This document shows, one piece after another, positions 51,160 through 62,000 of a stretch of 64,000 bases of DNA (positions within the stretch are counted from its first letter, which is position 1; each line of letters opens with the position of its first letter). The stretch comes from an uncultured Candidatus Binatia bacterium (GTDB lineage: Bacteria; Desulfobacterota; Binatia; Bin18). The position numbers and the translations under genes are program-made. The stretch covers positions 704,001 to 768,000 of the forward strand of contig OZ243961.1 of assembly GCA_965214605.1 (NCBI GenBank). Direction: 5' to 3'. The notes beneath the pieces are model-generated. The model ran no database searches. It was given only the letters and a program-made list of their open reading frames with translations, and was not told where the DNA came from.

Positions 51160-51699
51160 TTACTTTTTTCTCAATCCTACCAGCAGGCCAAGAGCGGCCA
51201 CACCAGCGGTCGGGATATTCTCAACGATAAACTCACGGAAACTGCCGGCGTGTGGCTGCATCCAGGCCATCAACGCATTGTAATATCCCTCTATGCCGAG
51301 CCAATTCACATCAATAAGATCGACATACTGCAGACCAAACAGGATCAGCAACAGACCACCGGCAAACAGTGCGACAATCTTCAGAAAGGAAGCCAAGGCG
51401 TAGCCGATACTAAACCCGGCCACGAAGCTGAAACCGAGCTGCATTATTGGCCCGCCCCACTCGTGGAGGTAGTCCCCGAGAGGTGAATCGAGATCGTCAC
51501 GCAGTGCGGGCTCGGCTATCTCGGCCGCTCCAAGCGCGGCCTGATTCGAAAGATCGTCTGCCAGTTCAGCCAGACCGTGTCCGCCAAGAGCCGAAAATCC
51601 AAGAACAAGGACAAGGCCAAAGAGCACTCTAGTGGCTCTCGCTGCATGACAGTGTGGTGGATCTTGTAACGGACGACTCTCGTTGTGCCCTGCGCTCAT
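51160..51699 (-). CDS. FUN14-domain membrane protein
   Basis: LGFSFVAGFSIGYA...KI....GG...LFGLQY...IDVNW; start assumed at ATG 51699 behind GAGG. Confidence 0.7.
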   Translation of the reverse strand: MSAGHNESRPLQDPPHCHAARATRVLFGLVLVLGFSALGGHGLAELADDLSNQAALGAAEIAEPALRDDLDSPLGDYLHEWGGPIMQLGFSFVAGFSIGYALASFLKIVALFAGGLLLILFGLQYVDLIDVNWLGIEGYYNALMAWMQPHAGSFREFIVENIPTAGVAALGLLVGLRKK

Positions 51700-52089
51700 C
51701 CTCAACCCCTCCGGCTGTCCGCTTATACCTTGCCAGAATACCGACCTTTGGAGACAATAGCCAGTAGGGAGCCCGCCCCCGGAGGGAGGTGCTTGCCCCG
51801 AGGTGGCAAGCGCCGCCTCACGCGGCAAACCGGCCCATCCCGGCAAACGACCGTCGGACTTGGTCTCTGCGGGAGTCAGCATGGAGAGTTCCTGCAGCCC
51901 CAGAGCTCTCTACGCCCAGCCGATATATTCTTTGTTCAAATTAGGACAAAAGCACGGTATTCGGCCGGGGCGGCAGTATCGAGATTGAATCGCTTGACAC
52001 AGTGTCGGGGGGCTGCCATGTTCGGCCCATAGAATGGTACATAACGACGCCTAGCAAGGACCAACCAGCCCGTACACAAAGGAGTTGCC

Positions 52090-53109
52090 ATGCCCCTGCC
52101 TGCCAGCAGCAGCTTCCAACTGACCCCAGACATGTCCATCTGTCGTATCCTCAACGGGATGTGGCAGGTATCTGGGGCGCACGGCAGTATCGACCCCAAG
52201 GCTGCTCTTGAGAGTATGCTTGACCATCATGCGACGGGCTTTCACACCTGGGATCTGGCCGACCATTACGGACCAGCCGAAGATTTTATGGGCGAGTTTC
52301 GGCGTCAGCTTATTGCCAAGCAGGGTGAGGCAGCGTGGTCACACGTCCAGGCCTTTACCAAATGGGTGCCTCGGCCCGGCCGCATGACACGCCAGATTGT
52401 CGAAAACAATATCGCTCGCTCGCTCCGTCGCATGGACGTCGACAGGCTGGATCTCCTGCAGTTTCACTGGTGGGAGTATGCCGATGAGCGTTATCTGGAC
52501 GCGCTCGAGCAGCTGGTCGACCTGCGTGACGAGGGAAAAATTCGCCATCTGGCTCTGACCAATTTTGATACGGCCCATCTCAAAACAATTACCGACGCCG
52601 GTATCCGGGTGGTCTCTAACCAGGTTCAGTTCTCGCTGATCGATCAACGTCCAGAAATTAAGATGACGCCGTTCTGCCAAGAAAACAACATCAGCCTCCT
52701 TACCTATGGTACGGTCTGCGGCGGCTTATTGTCCGAGAAATACCTTGATCACCCCGAGCCAAGCCGCAGACTTCTCAACACGGCGAGTTTACAGAAGTAT
52801 AAGAACATAATTGACGCCTGGGGTGGCTGGCGCCTGTTTCAGGAACTCCTCGCAGTACTCAAACCGATTGCTGAGAAACACGGGGCGAGCATTGCCAATG
52901 TCGCTACGCGCTATATTCTCGACCGCCCAGCCGTTGCCGGCGTCATTGTAGGGATCCGGCTGGGGGTATCAGACCATCGTCAGGATAACGCCCGGGTGTT
53001 TGATCTCAGTCTGGATGAGGCGGATACCAGCCGGATTCAAGCCGTCCTGGCAAAGTCACGTGATCTATACCACCTGATCGGAGACTGTGGGGATGAGTAC
53101 CGGCACTAA
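52090..53109 (+). CDS. Aldo/keto reductase
   Basis: NGMWQVSG, DLADHYG, LDLLQFHWW, LTNFD, SNQVQFS, GDCGDEYR; RBS AAGGAG. Confidence 0.92.
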   Translation: MPLPASSSFQLTPDMSICRILNGMWQVSGAHGSIDPKAALESMLDHHATGFHTWDLADHYGPAEDFMGEFRRQLIAKQGEAAWSHVQAFTKWVPRPGRMTRQIVENNIARSLRRMDVDRLDLLQFHWWEYADERYLDALEQLVDLRDEGKIRHLALTNFDTAHLKTITDAGIRVVSNQVQFSLIDQRPEIKMTPFCQENNISLLTYGTVCGGLLSEKYLDHPEPSRRLLNTASLQKYKNIIDAWGGWRLFQELLAVLKPIAEKHGASIANVATRYILDRPAVAGVIVGIRLGVSDHRQDNARVFDLSLDEADTSRIQAVLAKSRDLYHLIGDCGDEYRH

Positions 53110-53200
53110 GAGCGGCGGCGGTCTAATCTCAGAGTCTGGGTTCAGCGAACACCTCTAATGCCCGCCAAGCCCCCATTATCTTCTGTTTCTCCTTGAGACC

Positions 53201-56200
53201 TCACCATGTAAGGCGTGGCTTGTCGAGACGCTGCAGTACATCGAGTTTGGTAATGGGGTGTTGTCGAAGGCGTTTCAAAATCCAGGCGTGCTCATAGAGC
53301 TGAACTCCGTGGACTTTTGCGGCCCCTGCTCCCGGTTTGCCAATCTTCCTCGCATTGGTAAAGACGGCAAGTGTGGCAAAATCCTTGGCGAGATGATTGG
53401 CGTAGAATTTCCGAGACGCGTAAATCTCGCGGACAGAGGAGTCGTCCTGTAAAACCTCATGCTTTGTGTATTTGCACTGGGCAAGCTGATTTCCATGGGG
53501 AGAGATCAGCACGATATCGCACCCCTTATCATTGCCCGTAGGAGTAAGATGCACCTCTCCGTCAAACTCTCGGTAAAGAAGTTCCGCCACGAGCGCTTCA
53601 AACTGCTCCCACCCAAGCAGGTCCAGCTCCTTTTCTGAGAGAGGAGGAGCCGGCTGGACTGTTGACTGTCCAAAGACGTCGGTCTGCTGAAACGATTCAT
53701 GGGTCACAATTTCCGGCGCCACTATCGCGTCTTTGAGGTCGACCTTCTTTGTCAGAAGCCGATGAAGATGCAGGTCAAAGGAATCGTGCTCGGGATGGTG
53801 CAAAACCGGAATAAAAACACTCACATCTCTGTCCTGACCGATGCGATAAACCCGGTCGGTGGCCTGCTCCTCTTTGGCGGGATTCCAGTGGCGCTCGAGA
53901 TGAATAACGTTATTGGCTCCCGTAATTGTGAGACCTACCCCGGCTGCCACCGGCGAGATGATCAGTATTCCAAAGCCGTCACACGACTCAAATTGCTCAA
54001 TCAAGCCCCGGCGCGTCAACACGGACTGTCGTTTACCAACCGCCTTCGTATCGCCGTTGAGCACCTCCACGGGTATGGCGTAAATTTTCCCGAGCACATG
54101 CCTCAGGAAGACCTGAAGCCGCCTGTTGATGACAAAAATCAGGACTTTCTCTCGGCGCTCTCTAATTTTGTCCAACACGTTTAATACAACCGACAACTTC
54201 CCGGACTTCCCAGCTTCGGTCCGACACTCTTGAATCGTGGCCGGCGATGGCAGCTCTCCTCCCCCCAGGAGATCTGGATGTAGAGACACATCGCGCAGGC
54301 GCTGCAATCCCCTCAAGAGGTGCTCTAGTCCCGTCCCCTCAGCTATTCCCTGACGGGTGGCCTCGACGACCGTATTGTAGGTAGTGAGCTGTAGACCGGA
54401 CATGGTCCGGGCCAGATGAGGGGAATATTCCTGATTTTTGGTAGTGTCTCCGACACCAACGTACACCCTTTTTTTAGGTAATCCTTCCAAGTAGCCTTCT
54501 TTAGTCCGTCTGAGCATGAGCGCCCCAACGCGTGTCCGGAGCTGTTGACCAACCTCTTGTCGGATCTGCGGCAGAGCTTTACCGGCTCTCAACAACGGGC
54601 GTACGTATGTCTTCCGAAAATCCTGATAACTATCGAGCAAGCCGGGAACAGCCGTGTCGAAAATACACCAGAAATCTCTGAGTTGGTTCTCAACCGGCGT
54701 CCCCGTTACCATGAGTTTGAACTGTGCCTTTATGCCCTTGGCTGCTCGCGTCTGCATGGCGTTGGGATTTTTGATGTTTTGAGCTTCATCAAAAATGACA
54801 AATGACCAATCCACCTGGCACAGTGAGAACTGGTAGTTGGTCAGGGTGCTGTAATTGGTGATGACCAATCGCCTCGGGCTATCTAGGCGGTCGAGTCCGA
54901 ACTCTTCACCCACTTTTAGAGAGAGCAGTGCCCGTTGATTCGTCTCACCGTTCTCAAGAACAGCGTCATCCTCCCGCTCTCGGGCTTCGACGCCGCGACC
55001 TGGGAGGCGATAACGCTTAAGGTCGGCACCACCGTGCAGCGTAACCATATTGACAAAGGGCGAGGCGGCAAAGGTCTGCTCGACCTCTGCTTTCCAGTTA
55101 TCGAGAAGAGACAACGGGGCGACCACTAAAACAGGCTTTTGCACGACCCCGCGTACGGCGCACAGGCGGTAGTACTCCCCAAGGGCGACCAAAGCCGTAA
55201 AGGTCTTGCCCAGTCCCATGTCGTCGGCCAATAGACTCCCGAACAGGGATTCTTCATCAGAATGTTCAAGCGCCTGCTGTGAGAGGCCGACCAACCATCG
55301 GATCCCTCTCTGTTGATAGGGAAATGGCGACCGCTTGTAATCCTCCCACGCGAGTTCGCCCTGATAAAGATGTTTGTCAATCGTTGAGTCTATGTAGCGG
55401 GATTTTATATCAAGACGCTCGTCATTGGGGTGAACGTCGACAACGATCTTTGCCCGACTGCTCTCATCTTCTTCAGCCTCGGCCTGGCTCGGTTTTTTCG
55501 GAGAAACCTCGATGGCGCCCTGAGCCCGAAGTTCTCGTTCGAGTCCGTCGAGAGTACGCTCAACTACGTCCCGATTGGCAATCGAGATCGTCTGTTCCTT
55601 GAACGAAATCTCGTTGCCCCCGGCCTGAACGGCATCTTGCAGTCGTTCCCGAAATTCGGCAAGATCCGTCAAATCCTGGATCGCGCTGCCAAGACTCTCC
55701 ACCCCCAGAGGAGATCCAGACGTCTCAGCGCTTCCTCGATCCAACCAATCAATCCCCGATGCTTCCGTCTCACCGAAGTAGGCGTGTCTGAACTCTGCGG
55801 CGCCGCGCACTCGCGCGGAATAGCCGACATCCAGATCAACGAGGGTGACATCAAGGAACGCCGTTGGGGAGGCGAGGAATTGTTTGATATATTTCGCTGG
55901 TATGGAGCGGTTTTTAATAATTTCCTGAGTCGCCTTCAGGCGTTTCTCGTCGAGCAGGATAATTGTATCGCCAACCCGCAGGCTCTGGACCGTATCGTTA
56001 TCCGGGGCTATCTGACCTAGACGATTGGCAACCTGCTCGGCTGAAACGAGCCCCTCAAAATTCGGAGTGAGTTCAAGATCACCGTTTGCAAGCCGCTCAA
56101 GCGAAACCGACACTCGCTGCGGTTCTACCGTCTTGAGGTCGGTAAACTGACGCAAGTCGATGTCACAGCCGGCTTCAGCGGCTTTCTGGACATGCTGGAC

Positions 56201-56734
56201 GGCGAGCAGATTGCGGTATTCAGACCGCGCCCCATCCACCAGCGCCTGATGGTCGGCAACTGCCTTCAAAGCCAACCATTGGTCTGGGGATGGAAGATAG
56301 TGCTCGGTTTCGCTGAGGCGCAGAAAAGGACCTTCGAGGCGGTATGAAGCCGCCGTATCCCCGCTCGCCGTCCGCAGGCGCAGGCGGAGCCTAAAAGAGG
56401 GCTGGAAGCTGCTCCCCTGCGTCCTGAGTTCCAAGCTGCCAGGCCAGCTGTCGGGGAGTCCAAACAGCAAACGTAGGTCCGATTCCAGGTTGACCACGGT
56501 TTCGGGTTCCAACGCAAAGCCATTCGCAAACCGCTCGGCAAGTCCCTGCTCTTCGAGCACTTTAAAATGGGCATATTGCGTCAGTGATAGCTCACCACCC
56601 TTTCCGGACTCGCAATCGGCAAAGGCCTTCTGTGGCAGATAAAAGCTGACATCTTCTTTTTCTGCCCTGTACGAGAAACCCTCATCCTGGGAGTTTCTCT
56701 GCCACAGTGCCGCTATTCGTTCTCTGACGGACAT
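53201..56734 (-). CDS. zorD: Zorya type I ZorD: SNF2-family helicase with a C-terminal Mrr-like nuclease
   Basis: LADDMGLGKT, DEAQNIKN, TGTPVEN, RHWNPAKEEQATDRVYRIGQ; Mrr-like FEALVAEL...DKGCD...QCK; last gene of the zorABC operon. Confidence 0.9.
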   Translation of the reverse strand: MSVRERIAALWQRNSQDEGFSYRAEKEDVSFYLPQKAFADCESGKGGELSLTQYAHFKVLEEQGLAERFANGFALEPETVVNLESDLRLLFGLPDSWPGSLELRTQGSSFQPSFRLRLRLRTASGDTAASYRLEGPFLRLSETEHYLPSPDQWLALKAVADHQALVDGARSEYRNLLAVQHVQKAAEAGCDIDLRQFTDLKTVEPQRVSVSLERLANGDLELTPNFEGLVSAEQVANRLGQIAPDNDTVQSLRVGDTIILLDEKRLKATQEIIKNRSIPAKYIKQFLASPTAFLDVTLVDLDVGYSARVRGAAEFRHAYFGETEASGIDWLDRGSAETSGSPLGVESLGSAIQDLTDLAEFRERLQDAVQAGGNEISFKEQTISIANRDVVERTLDGLERELRAQGAIEVSPKKPSQAEAEEDESSRAKIVVDVHPNDERLDIKSRYIDSTIDKHLYQGELAWEDYKRSPFPYQQRGIRWLVGLSQQALEHSDEESLFGSLLADDMGLGKTFTALVALGEYYRLCAVRGVVQKPVLVVAPLSLLDNWKAEVEQTFAASPFVNMVTLHGGADLKRYRLPGRGVEAREREDDAVLENGETNQRALLSLKVGEEFGLDRLDSPRRLVITNYSTLTNYQFSLCQVDWSFVIFDEAQNIKNPNAMQTRAAKGIKAQFKLMVTGTPVENQLRDFWCIFDTAVPGLLDSYQDFRKTYVRPLLRAGKALPQIRQEVGQQLRTRVGALMLRRTKEGYLEGLPKKRVYVGVGDTTKNQEYSPHLARTMSGLQLTTYNTVVEATRQGIAEGTGLEHLLRGLQRLRDVSLHPDLLGGGELPSPATIQECRTEAGKSGKLSVVLNVLDKIRERREKVLIFVINRRLQVFLRHVLGKIYAIPVEVLNGDTKAVGKRQSVLTRRGLIEQFESCDGFGILIISPVAAGVGLTITGANNVIHLERHWNPAKEEQATDRVYRIGQDRDVSVFIPVLHHPEHDSFDLHLHRLLTKKVDLKDAIVAPEIVTHESFQQTDVFGQSTVQPAPPLSEKELDLLGWEQFEALVAELLYREFDGEVHLTPTGNDKGCDIVLISPHGNQLAQCKYTKHEVLQDDSSVREIYASRKFYANHLAKDFATLAVFTNARKIGKPGAGAAKVHGVQLYEHAWILKRLRQHPITKLDVLQRLDKPRLTW

Positions 56735-56785
56735 GTTCGGCTTGCTCCGGCATTATCCGCGCAGGCCCTCTGTGCAGAGCTCAGC

Positions 56786-58282
56786 TTAGACGACACCGTG
56801 TCGGCGTCTGTATTCCCGGTAGTCCTTAGAGCTCAACACGTCCGAGGGATCAATAGACGTTCCTAATTCCTGCAATGTCTTTATAGCCTTATACTGCCAC
56901 CTAGCAGGCTGATGCGTGATCTCGACAACCCCGGTGTGTCCAAATTGAGACACATAATCTTCATACAGTCCTTTTCCTAAGTCGCGGTGGGGAATATTAT
57001 CGCGTTCATAATTCTCAATAGGATTACCCCGAGGAAGTCGTCCGTATATCCGCAAGGAGAAACTGTGCGTTCCCTCAACAACATACTTTCCGTCGATGTT
57101 GAGATAGATGACCGAGAGAGAGGAGTGCCGCACTCGAGAATAAGCAGGGATATCCTTGTTCCGATAATGACGCCGGACGTAATCTTGAGCCCGCCTGCCG
57201 AGAAACAGCCGCGCGTCTTTGACTAGCCGCTTCTCAAAAACTCCTTTGAGAAAGCGCTTACGCGATGGAAACATCCGTTTCAGATCAGGATCGGAACTCT
57301 GCTCCACATGGTCTTCAAGGACTTTGAGAAACAGCTCGATATCCATTCCCGAGAGCCACTGACGGACCTGCTTGACATATTTATCGCCTAGTATGGCCCA
57401 CCAGTGTCTGTAATTGACCGCCCCCTTACTCACCCGCGGATCGCCGGCAATGGATAAGATCACCCGGAGCCAGTTCTCCGGCATATCCTGGCGGCGGGCA
57501 GCCCGATCAACCATGACTTGAACCACCTTGTGCCCCAGCAACCAGTCGCTTTCATAGGCGCTTTCATAGATGTCTTTCCGCACCAGTTCACGTAGAACCT
57601 CGTGGTCTTGGCCAACCTGGAGTTCTTTCAGAGGAGCCAAATAGTAGATGTTCTTACACTTGGTGAAGAAGCGGCCGCCGCTTTCCATAGGAAGTCCAAG
57701 ACGAGACGCAATTGTTTCCAAGGGAAGGGCGTCCTTCCGGGCCTGCTCAACAACCCATGCCGGGCCATCGATGGAAAAGAGAGTCTCGGCGTGTTGGGCA
57801 AAGAGAGCGAGCGTTTGTGAGAACTTTCTGTCGGCGTTCAGCCGAAACTGTTCTCGGAGAAATTCGGCAAATGACCAAGTATCCCCAAGCTCATCAAAAC
57901 GGGCAAAAAAGAGCTGGGTGCAGGCAAACAGCACAAGCGGCGAGTATCTTTGACGTAACGCCCTCAAATGCTTAAGTGTGGCAGGGTCGATCGGGTTGCG
58001 CTTAACGCACTCTTCACACTCCTGCCATAATTCCACCAGCGGACGGACATCTTTGGGTGTCCGCACGACGTTTTGGATGCGCCGCCTCCGGTGCAACAAG
58101 CCGTGAATATGTTTCTTACGCTTCCTAAAGGCCTCGGAGTTGGTCCCGGCCGTGTGGGCAAGCCGTTCAAGTTTGCCGGACAGGGCTTGATAGTGTACCA
58201 CGTCCGCCCTACCGGTCTGCTTGGGCAGAGTAAAGTCCAGTCTGGCGAGGCTCAATCGGGGGAGCTTAATTGTCAAAGACAT
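56786..58282 (-). CDS. zorC: Zorya type I ZorC (EH-signature protein)
   Basis: IAGDPR...WW, DIELFL, RMFPSRKRFL, VVEGTHSF (ExxH); start overlaps the zorB end. Confidence 0.85.
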   Translation of the reverse strand: MSLTIKLPRLSLARLDFTLPKQTGRADVVHYQALSGKLERLAHTAGTNSEAFRKRKKHIHGLLHRRRRIQNVVRTPKDVRPLVELWQECEECVKRNPIDPATLKHLRALRQRYSPLVLFACTQLFFARFDELGDTWSFAEFLREQFRLNADRKFSQTLALFAQHAETLFSIDGPAWVVEQARKDALPLETIASRLGLPMESGGRFFTKCKNIYYLAPLKELQVGQDHEVLRELVRKDIYESAYESDWLLGHKVVQVMVDRAARRQDMPENWLRVILSIAGDPRVSKGAVNYRHWWAILGDKYVKQVRQWLSGMDIELFLKVLEDHVEQSSDPDLKRMFPSRKRFLKGVFEKRLVKDARLFLGRRAQDYVRRHYRNKDIPAYSRVRHSSLSVIYLNIDGKYVVEGTHSFSLRIYGRLPRGNPIENYERDNIPHRDLGKGLYEDYVSQFGHTGVVEITHQPARWQYKAIKTLQELGTSIDPSDVLSSKDYREYRRRHGVV

Positions 58283-59012
58283 CCAATATCCCTTGGTATT
58301 CTTCAATGACGGGTTGTCTCACCGTAAAGCGCAGGTCGATACGCCGATTTTTGCGCCGCTTTTCATCCGTGTCGTCAGGTTCTTGCAGGCGGCGCGTCGC
58401 AGCATAGCCGCTGACCGAGAAAAGAGGCTTCCCTTGGAAATTCAGGAGAGTGGCAAGACCGTTGGAAGCTGCGCGTTCCTCGGTCCAGAAACGCCACACC
58501 TGTATCGCCCGGTTTGCGGATAATCCCCAGTTCCCGAGTTCAAGGGTCCGAGCAGGTCTGCTGTCGGTATGGCCCTCCACAAAAATCGTATCAAGAAATT
58601 TGTGGCGGCCATCCTTGAGTCTCCGCCGTAGAGCGCTGTTAAGCGTGTTGCCAATCGTATACACCGCGTCCTGTCTATCCGGGGGAATCTGATAGCTGCG
58701 AGTCTCAAAAAAGAGGTATTCATCAGGAATCCGCAGTACGGTCTTGTTATCGCTCACCTCAACCAGTATGCCATGCTCCTCCAGCTGCTTCTTGATCTCG
58801 TCAAGGAGGTCGGCGCGGTTCTTATTCGCCTCACTCAATTCTTGAATCGCCTGCTCAACGTCAAGCCGTCTTTTCTGAAGCTGAATAATAAACACCACCG
58901 ACGCCAAAATGAAAATCACCAACAGACCGGCCATGATATCGGAAAACGAAATCCAATAAGGATTCTCTTCGTCAACGTGCCGCCTGACATCGCTGGAGAC
59001 GCGCTGAAACAT
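58266..59012 (-). CDS. zorB: Zorya ZorB (MotB/OmpA-like)
   Basis: PYWISFSDIMAGLL (TM Asp), EGHTD, NWGLSANRA, NRRIDLRF. Confidence 0.92.
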   Translation of the reverse strand: MFQRVSSDVRRHVDEENPYWISFSDIMAGLLVIFILASVVFIIQLQKRRLDVEQAIQELSEANKNRADLLDEIKKQLEEHGILVEVSDNKTVLRIPDEYLFFETRSYQIPPDRQDAVYTIGNTLNSALRRRLKDGRHKFLDTIFVEGHTDSRPARTLELGNWGLSANRAIQVWRFWTEERAASNGLATLLNFQGKPLFSVSGYAATRRLQEPDDTDEKRRKNRRIDLRFTVRQPVIEEYQGILDVFDN

Positions 59013-59017
59013 AGACC

Positions 59018-62000
59018 TTATCTCCTTCTCTCAATCTTGCCGTCCATCTCTTCGACAGTGCTGGCAAGAGAGACAACTGCCGCCTGCATAGCGTTTGTAT
59101 AATTCTGGGTTTGCTTGGTCCACTCGTTCAGACGGTCTTGGGTCTGTGTCTGCACTTGGCTCGCGTAGTCCCTCAGAAGCTGAGCGACCTGCTTTTGCAA
59201 CTGGTCAACATGCTCCTCGAGAGCCGCAAACAACTGCTGCTGATGCTGAGTGAGCTGAGTCGTCTGCCGGCGCGAGGCGTCTGCCGCTTCCGCGATTCTA
59301 TCAGCCGCGCTGGAGAGCATGTCCTTAAGACCGGTAATGACGCCAATCACCTGATTGATATTGCGACCCGTCGTCTCATTCTCCCTGGCAAGCCGCCGGG
59401 TTTGCTCCAACACTTGACCTAGGGCCCGGCCGAGCTGATCAACCCCCGACTGAAGCCGTTCAGACAGAGTTCGTAGTCCGCCGGAAGCGTTGTTCAGCAA
59501 CTCGCCGCCCGTCCGTATTGCCGAGGCAGATGTTTGAAGTCCTTCTGTAACCGCTGCGATCTGCTCATACAATCTCTGACTCTGTTCAAGAACCGTTTGC
59601 GAGGCCTGAATATGGCCATCAAACGAGGCGGCCCAGGCAGTCTCTCTGGCGTCCATACGCTGGTTCAGCGCCTCTAGAGCATCCATAAAGTGCGTCATTG
59701 AGCCGCCCCACTGACTAATGGCCGTCTTCACCTCCGCCGTTGTCGCCTCCATCATCTTCCGCTGTTGTTCGCCTTGACCTCTCAGGCCGTCGCCGAATTG
59801 TCCGACTGCTGTTTCCATCGTACTTGAATACTGTTCGGCCTGCTTAGTCCATTCACGCAGATGGGTTTGGGTCTGGGTCTGCGCCTGATCCACGTAATCC
59901 GCCACAAGCTGAGCGGCCTGCTGTTGCGACTGCTCAACATAGCGCGAGAAGGCGTCCTGCGAGGCCTGAATATGGCTGTCAAACGAGGCGGCCCGGGCAG
60001 TCTCTCTGGTGTCCATACGCTGGTTCAGCGCCTCTAGAGCATCCATAAAGTGCGTCATTGAGCCGCCCCACTGACTAATGGCCGTCTTCACCTCCGCCGT
60101 TGTCGCCTCCATCATCTTCCGCTGCTGTTCGCCTTGACCTCTCAGGCCATCGCCGAATTGTCCGACCGCTGTTTCCATCGTACTTGAATACTGTTCGGCC
60201 TGCTTAGTCCACTCACGCAGATGGGTTTGGGTCTGGGTCTGCGCCTGATCCACGTAATCCGCCACAAGCTGAGCGGCCTGCTGTTGCGACTGCTCAACAT
60301 GGCGCGTGAGGGTGTCCTGCGAGGCCTGAATATGGCCATCAAACGAGGCGGCCCGGGCAGTCTCTCTGGTGTCCATACGCTGGTTCAGCGCCTCTAGAGC
60401 ATCCATAAAGTGCGTCATTGAGCCGCCCCACTGACTAATGGCCGTCTTCACCTCCGCCGTTGTCGCCTCCATCATCTTCCGCTGCTGTTCGCCTTGACCT
60501 CTCAGGCCATCGCCGAATTGTCCGACCGCTGTTTCCATCGTACTTGAATACTGTTCGGCCTGCTTAGTCCACTCACGCAGATGGGTTTGGGTCTGGGTCT
60601 GCGCCTGATCCACGTAATCCGCCACAAGCTGAGCGGCCTGCTGTTGCGACTGCTCAACATGGCGCGTGAGGGTGTCCTGCGAGGCCTGAATATGGCTGTC
60701 AAACGAGGCGGCCCAGGCAGTCTCTCTGGCGTCCATACGCTGGTTCAGCGCCTCTAGAGCATCCATAAAGTGCGTCATTGAGCCGCCCCACTGACTAATG
60801 GCCGTCTTCACCTCCGCCGTTGTCGCCTCCATCATCTTCCGCTGTTGTTCGCCTTGACCTCTCAGGCCGTCGCCGAATTGTCCGACTGCTGTTTCCATCG
60901 TACTTGAATACTGTTCGGCCTGCTTAGTCCACTCACGCAGATGGGCTTGGGTCTGGGTCTGCGCCTGATCCACGTAATCCGCCACAAGCTGAGCGGCCTG
61001 TTGTTGCAACTGCTCAACATGGCGCGTGAGGGTGTCCTGCGAGGCCTGAATATGGCTGTCAAACGAGGCGGCCCGAGCGTTCTCTCTGGTGTCCATACGC
61101 TGGTTCAGCGCCTCTAGAGCGTCCATAAAGTGCGTCATTGAACCGCCCCACTGACTAATGGCCGTCTTCACCTCCGCCGTTGTCGCCTCCATCATCTCCC
61201 GCTGCTGTTCGCCTTGACCTCTCAGGCCGTCGCTGAATTGATGGACGAGATTCTCAAGAGCCTCGGCGCCGCCACGTGCCTGACGCGACGCGAGATCGCC
61301 CGCAGCCTGAGCAAGGGATTCCAGAGCGGGCTGCATGCCCTGCTGAATACCTTCGAAAACAGCGGATTGGACGTTCTGTGTCACCTGGTTGATTGTTTCC
61401 TGCATTTTATTGCCGATGCGTTCGGAAAGGCCGTCCAGAGCAATGGCGGCTTGACGAGTTTCCTCATGAACATGGACCAGCGTTTGTTCCGGACTGAGAC
61501 GCGGAAAGAGTGCGTCTATCTTATTCTGTAAGGTCGTAATCTTGTATCTGACGCGCTGTTCGACGGCTTTTTCGATCAGGTTGAAAACAAAGCTCAGGGC
61601 TACTCCCCAGACCGAGGTCTTAAAAGCGATAGAGGCCCCATCTATCAAACGGGTGATACTGGCCACATCCTCAGGATTGACGTTGGACAAACCCAGGAAC
61701 AGACCGGTGAAAGTCCCGACAACACCAATAGCGGTCAGGAATGCGGGAACAGCAGCGAGAAGGCGATTTTCCGTGATACCTCGCCCCAAAGTGTGCGCAT
61801 TAAAGAAATGGGCGGCATCATAGGTATTCTGGATTCGCTCTTCACCTTTGGACACAACGAAGGTCTCGTCAAACTCCTCCCAGAGCTCACCCAGTCGCTT
61901 GTTGCGCTGCTGCCGGGCCTGCTGCTTCAGATCCTGACGTTTGTCCATCAGACTATCCGGTTTAAGCCCTCGGAGAAGTTTGCGGAAGAACGCTGTCGAC

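Noticed and set aside
59782-61062. Four near-identical 66-aa ORFs
   Set aside because: Alternative-frame shadows of the zorA 360-bp repeat.
59598-61240. zorA repeats as a CRISPR array or DGR template/variable pair
   Set aside because: Units are contiguous and in frame with no spacers, differences are not adenine-specific, and no reverse transcriptase is present.
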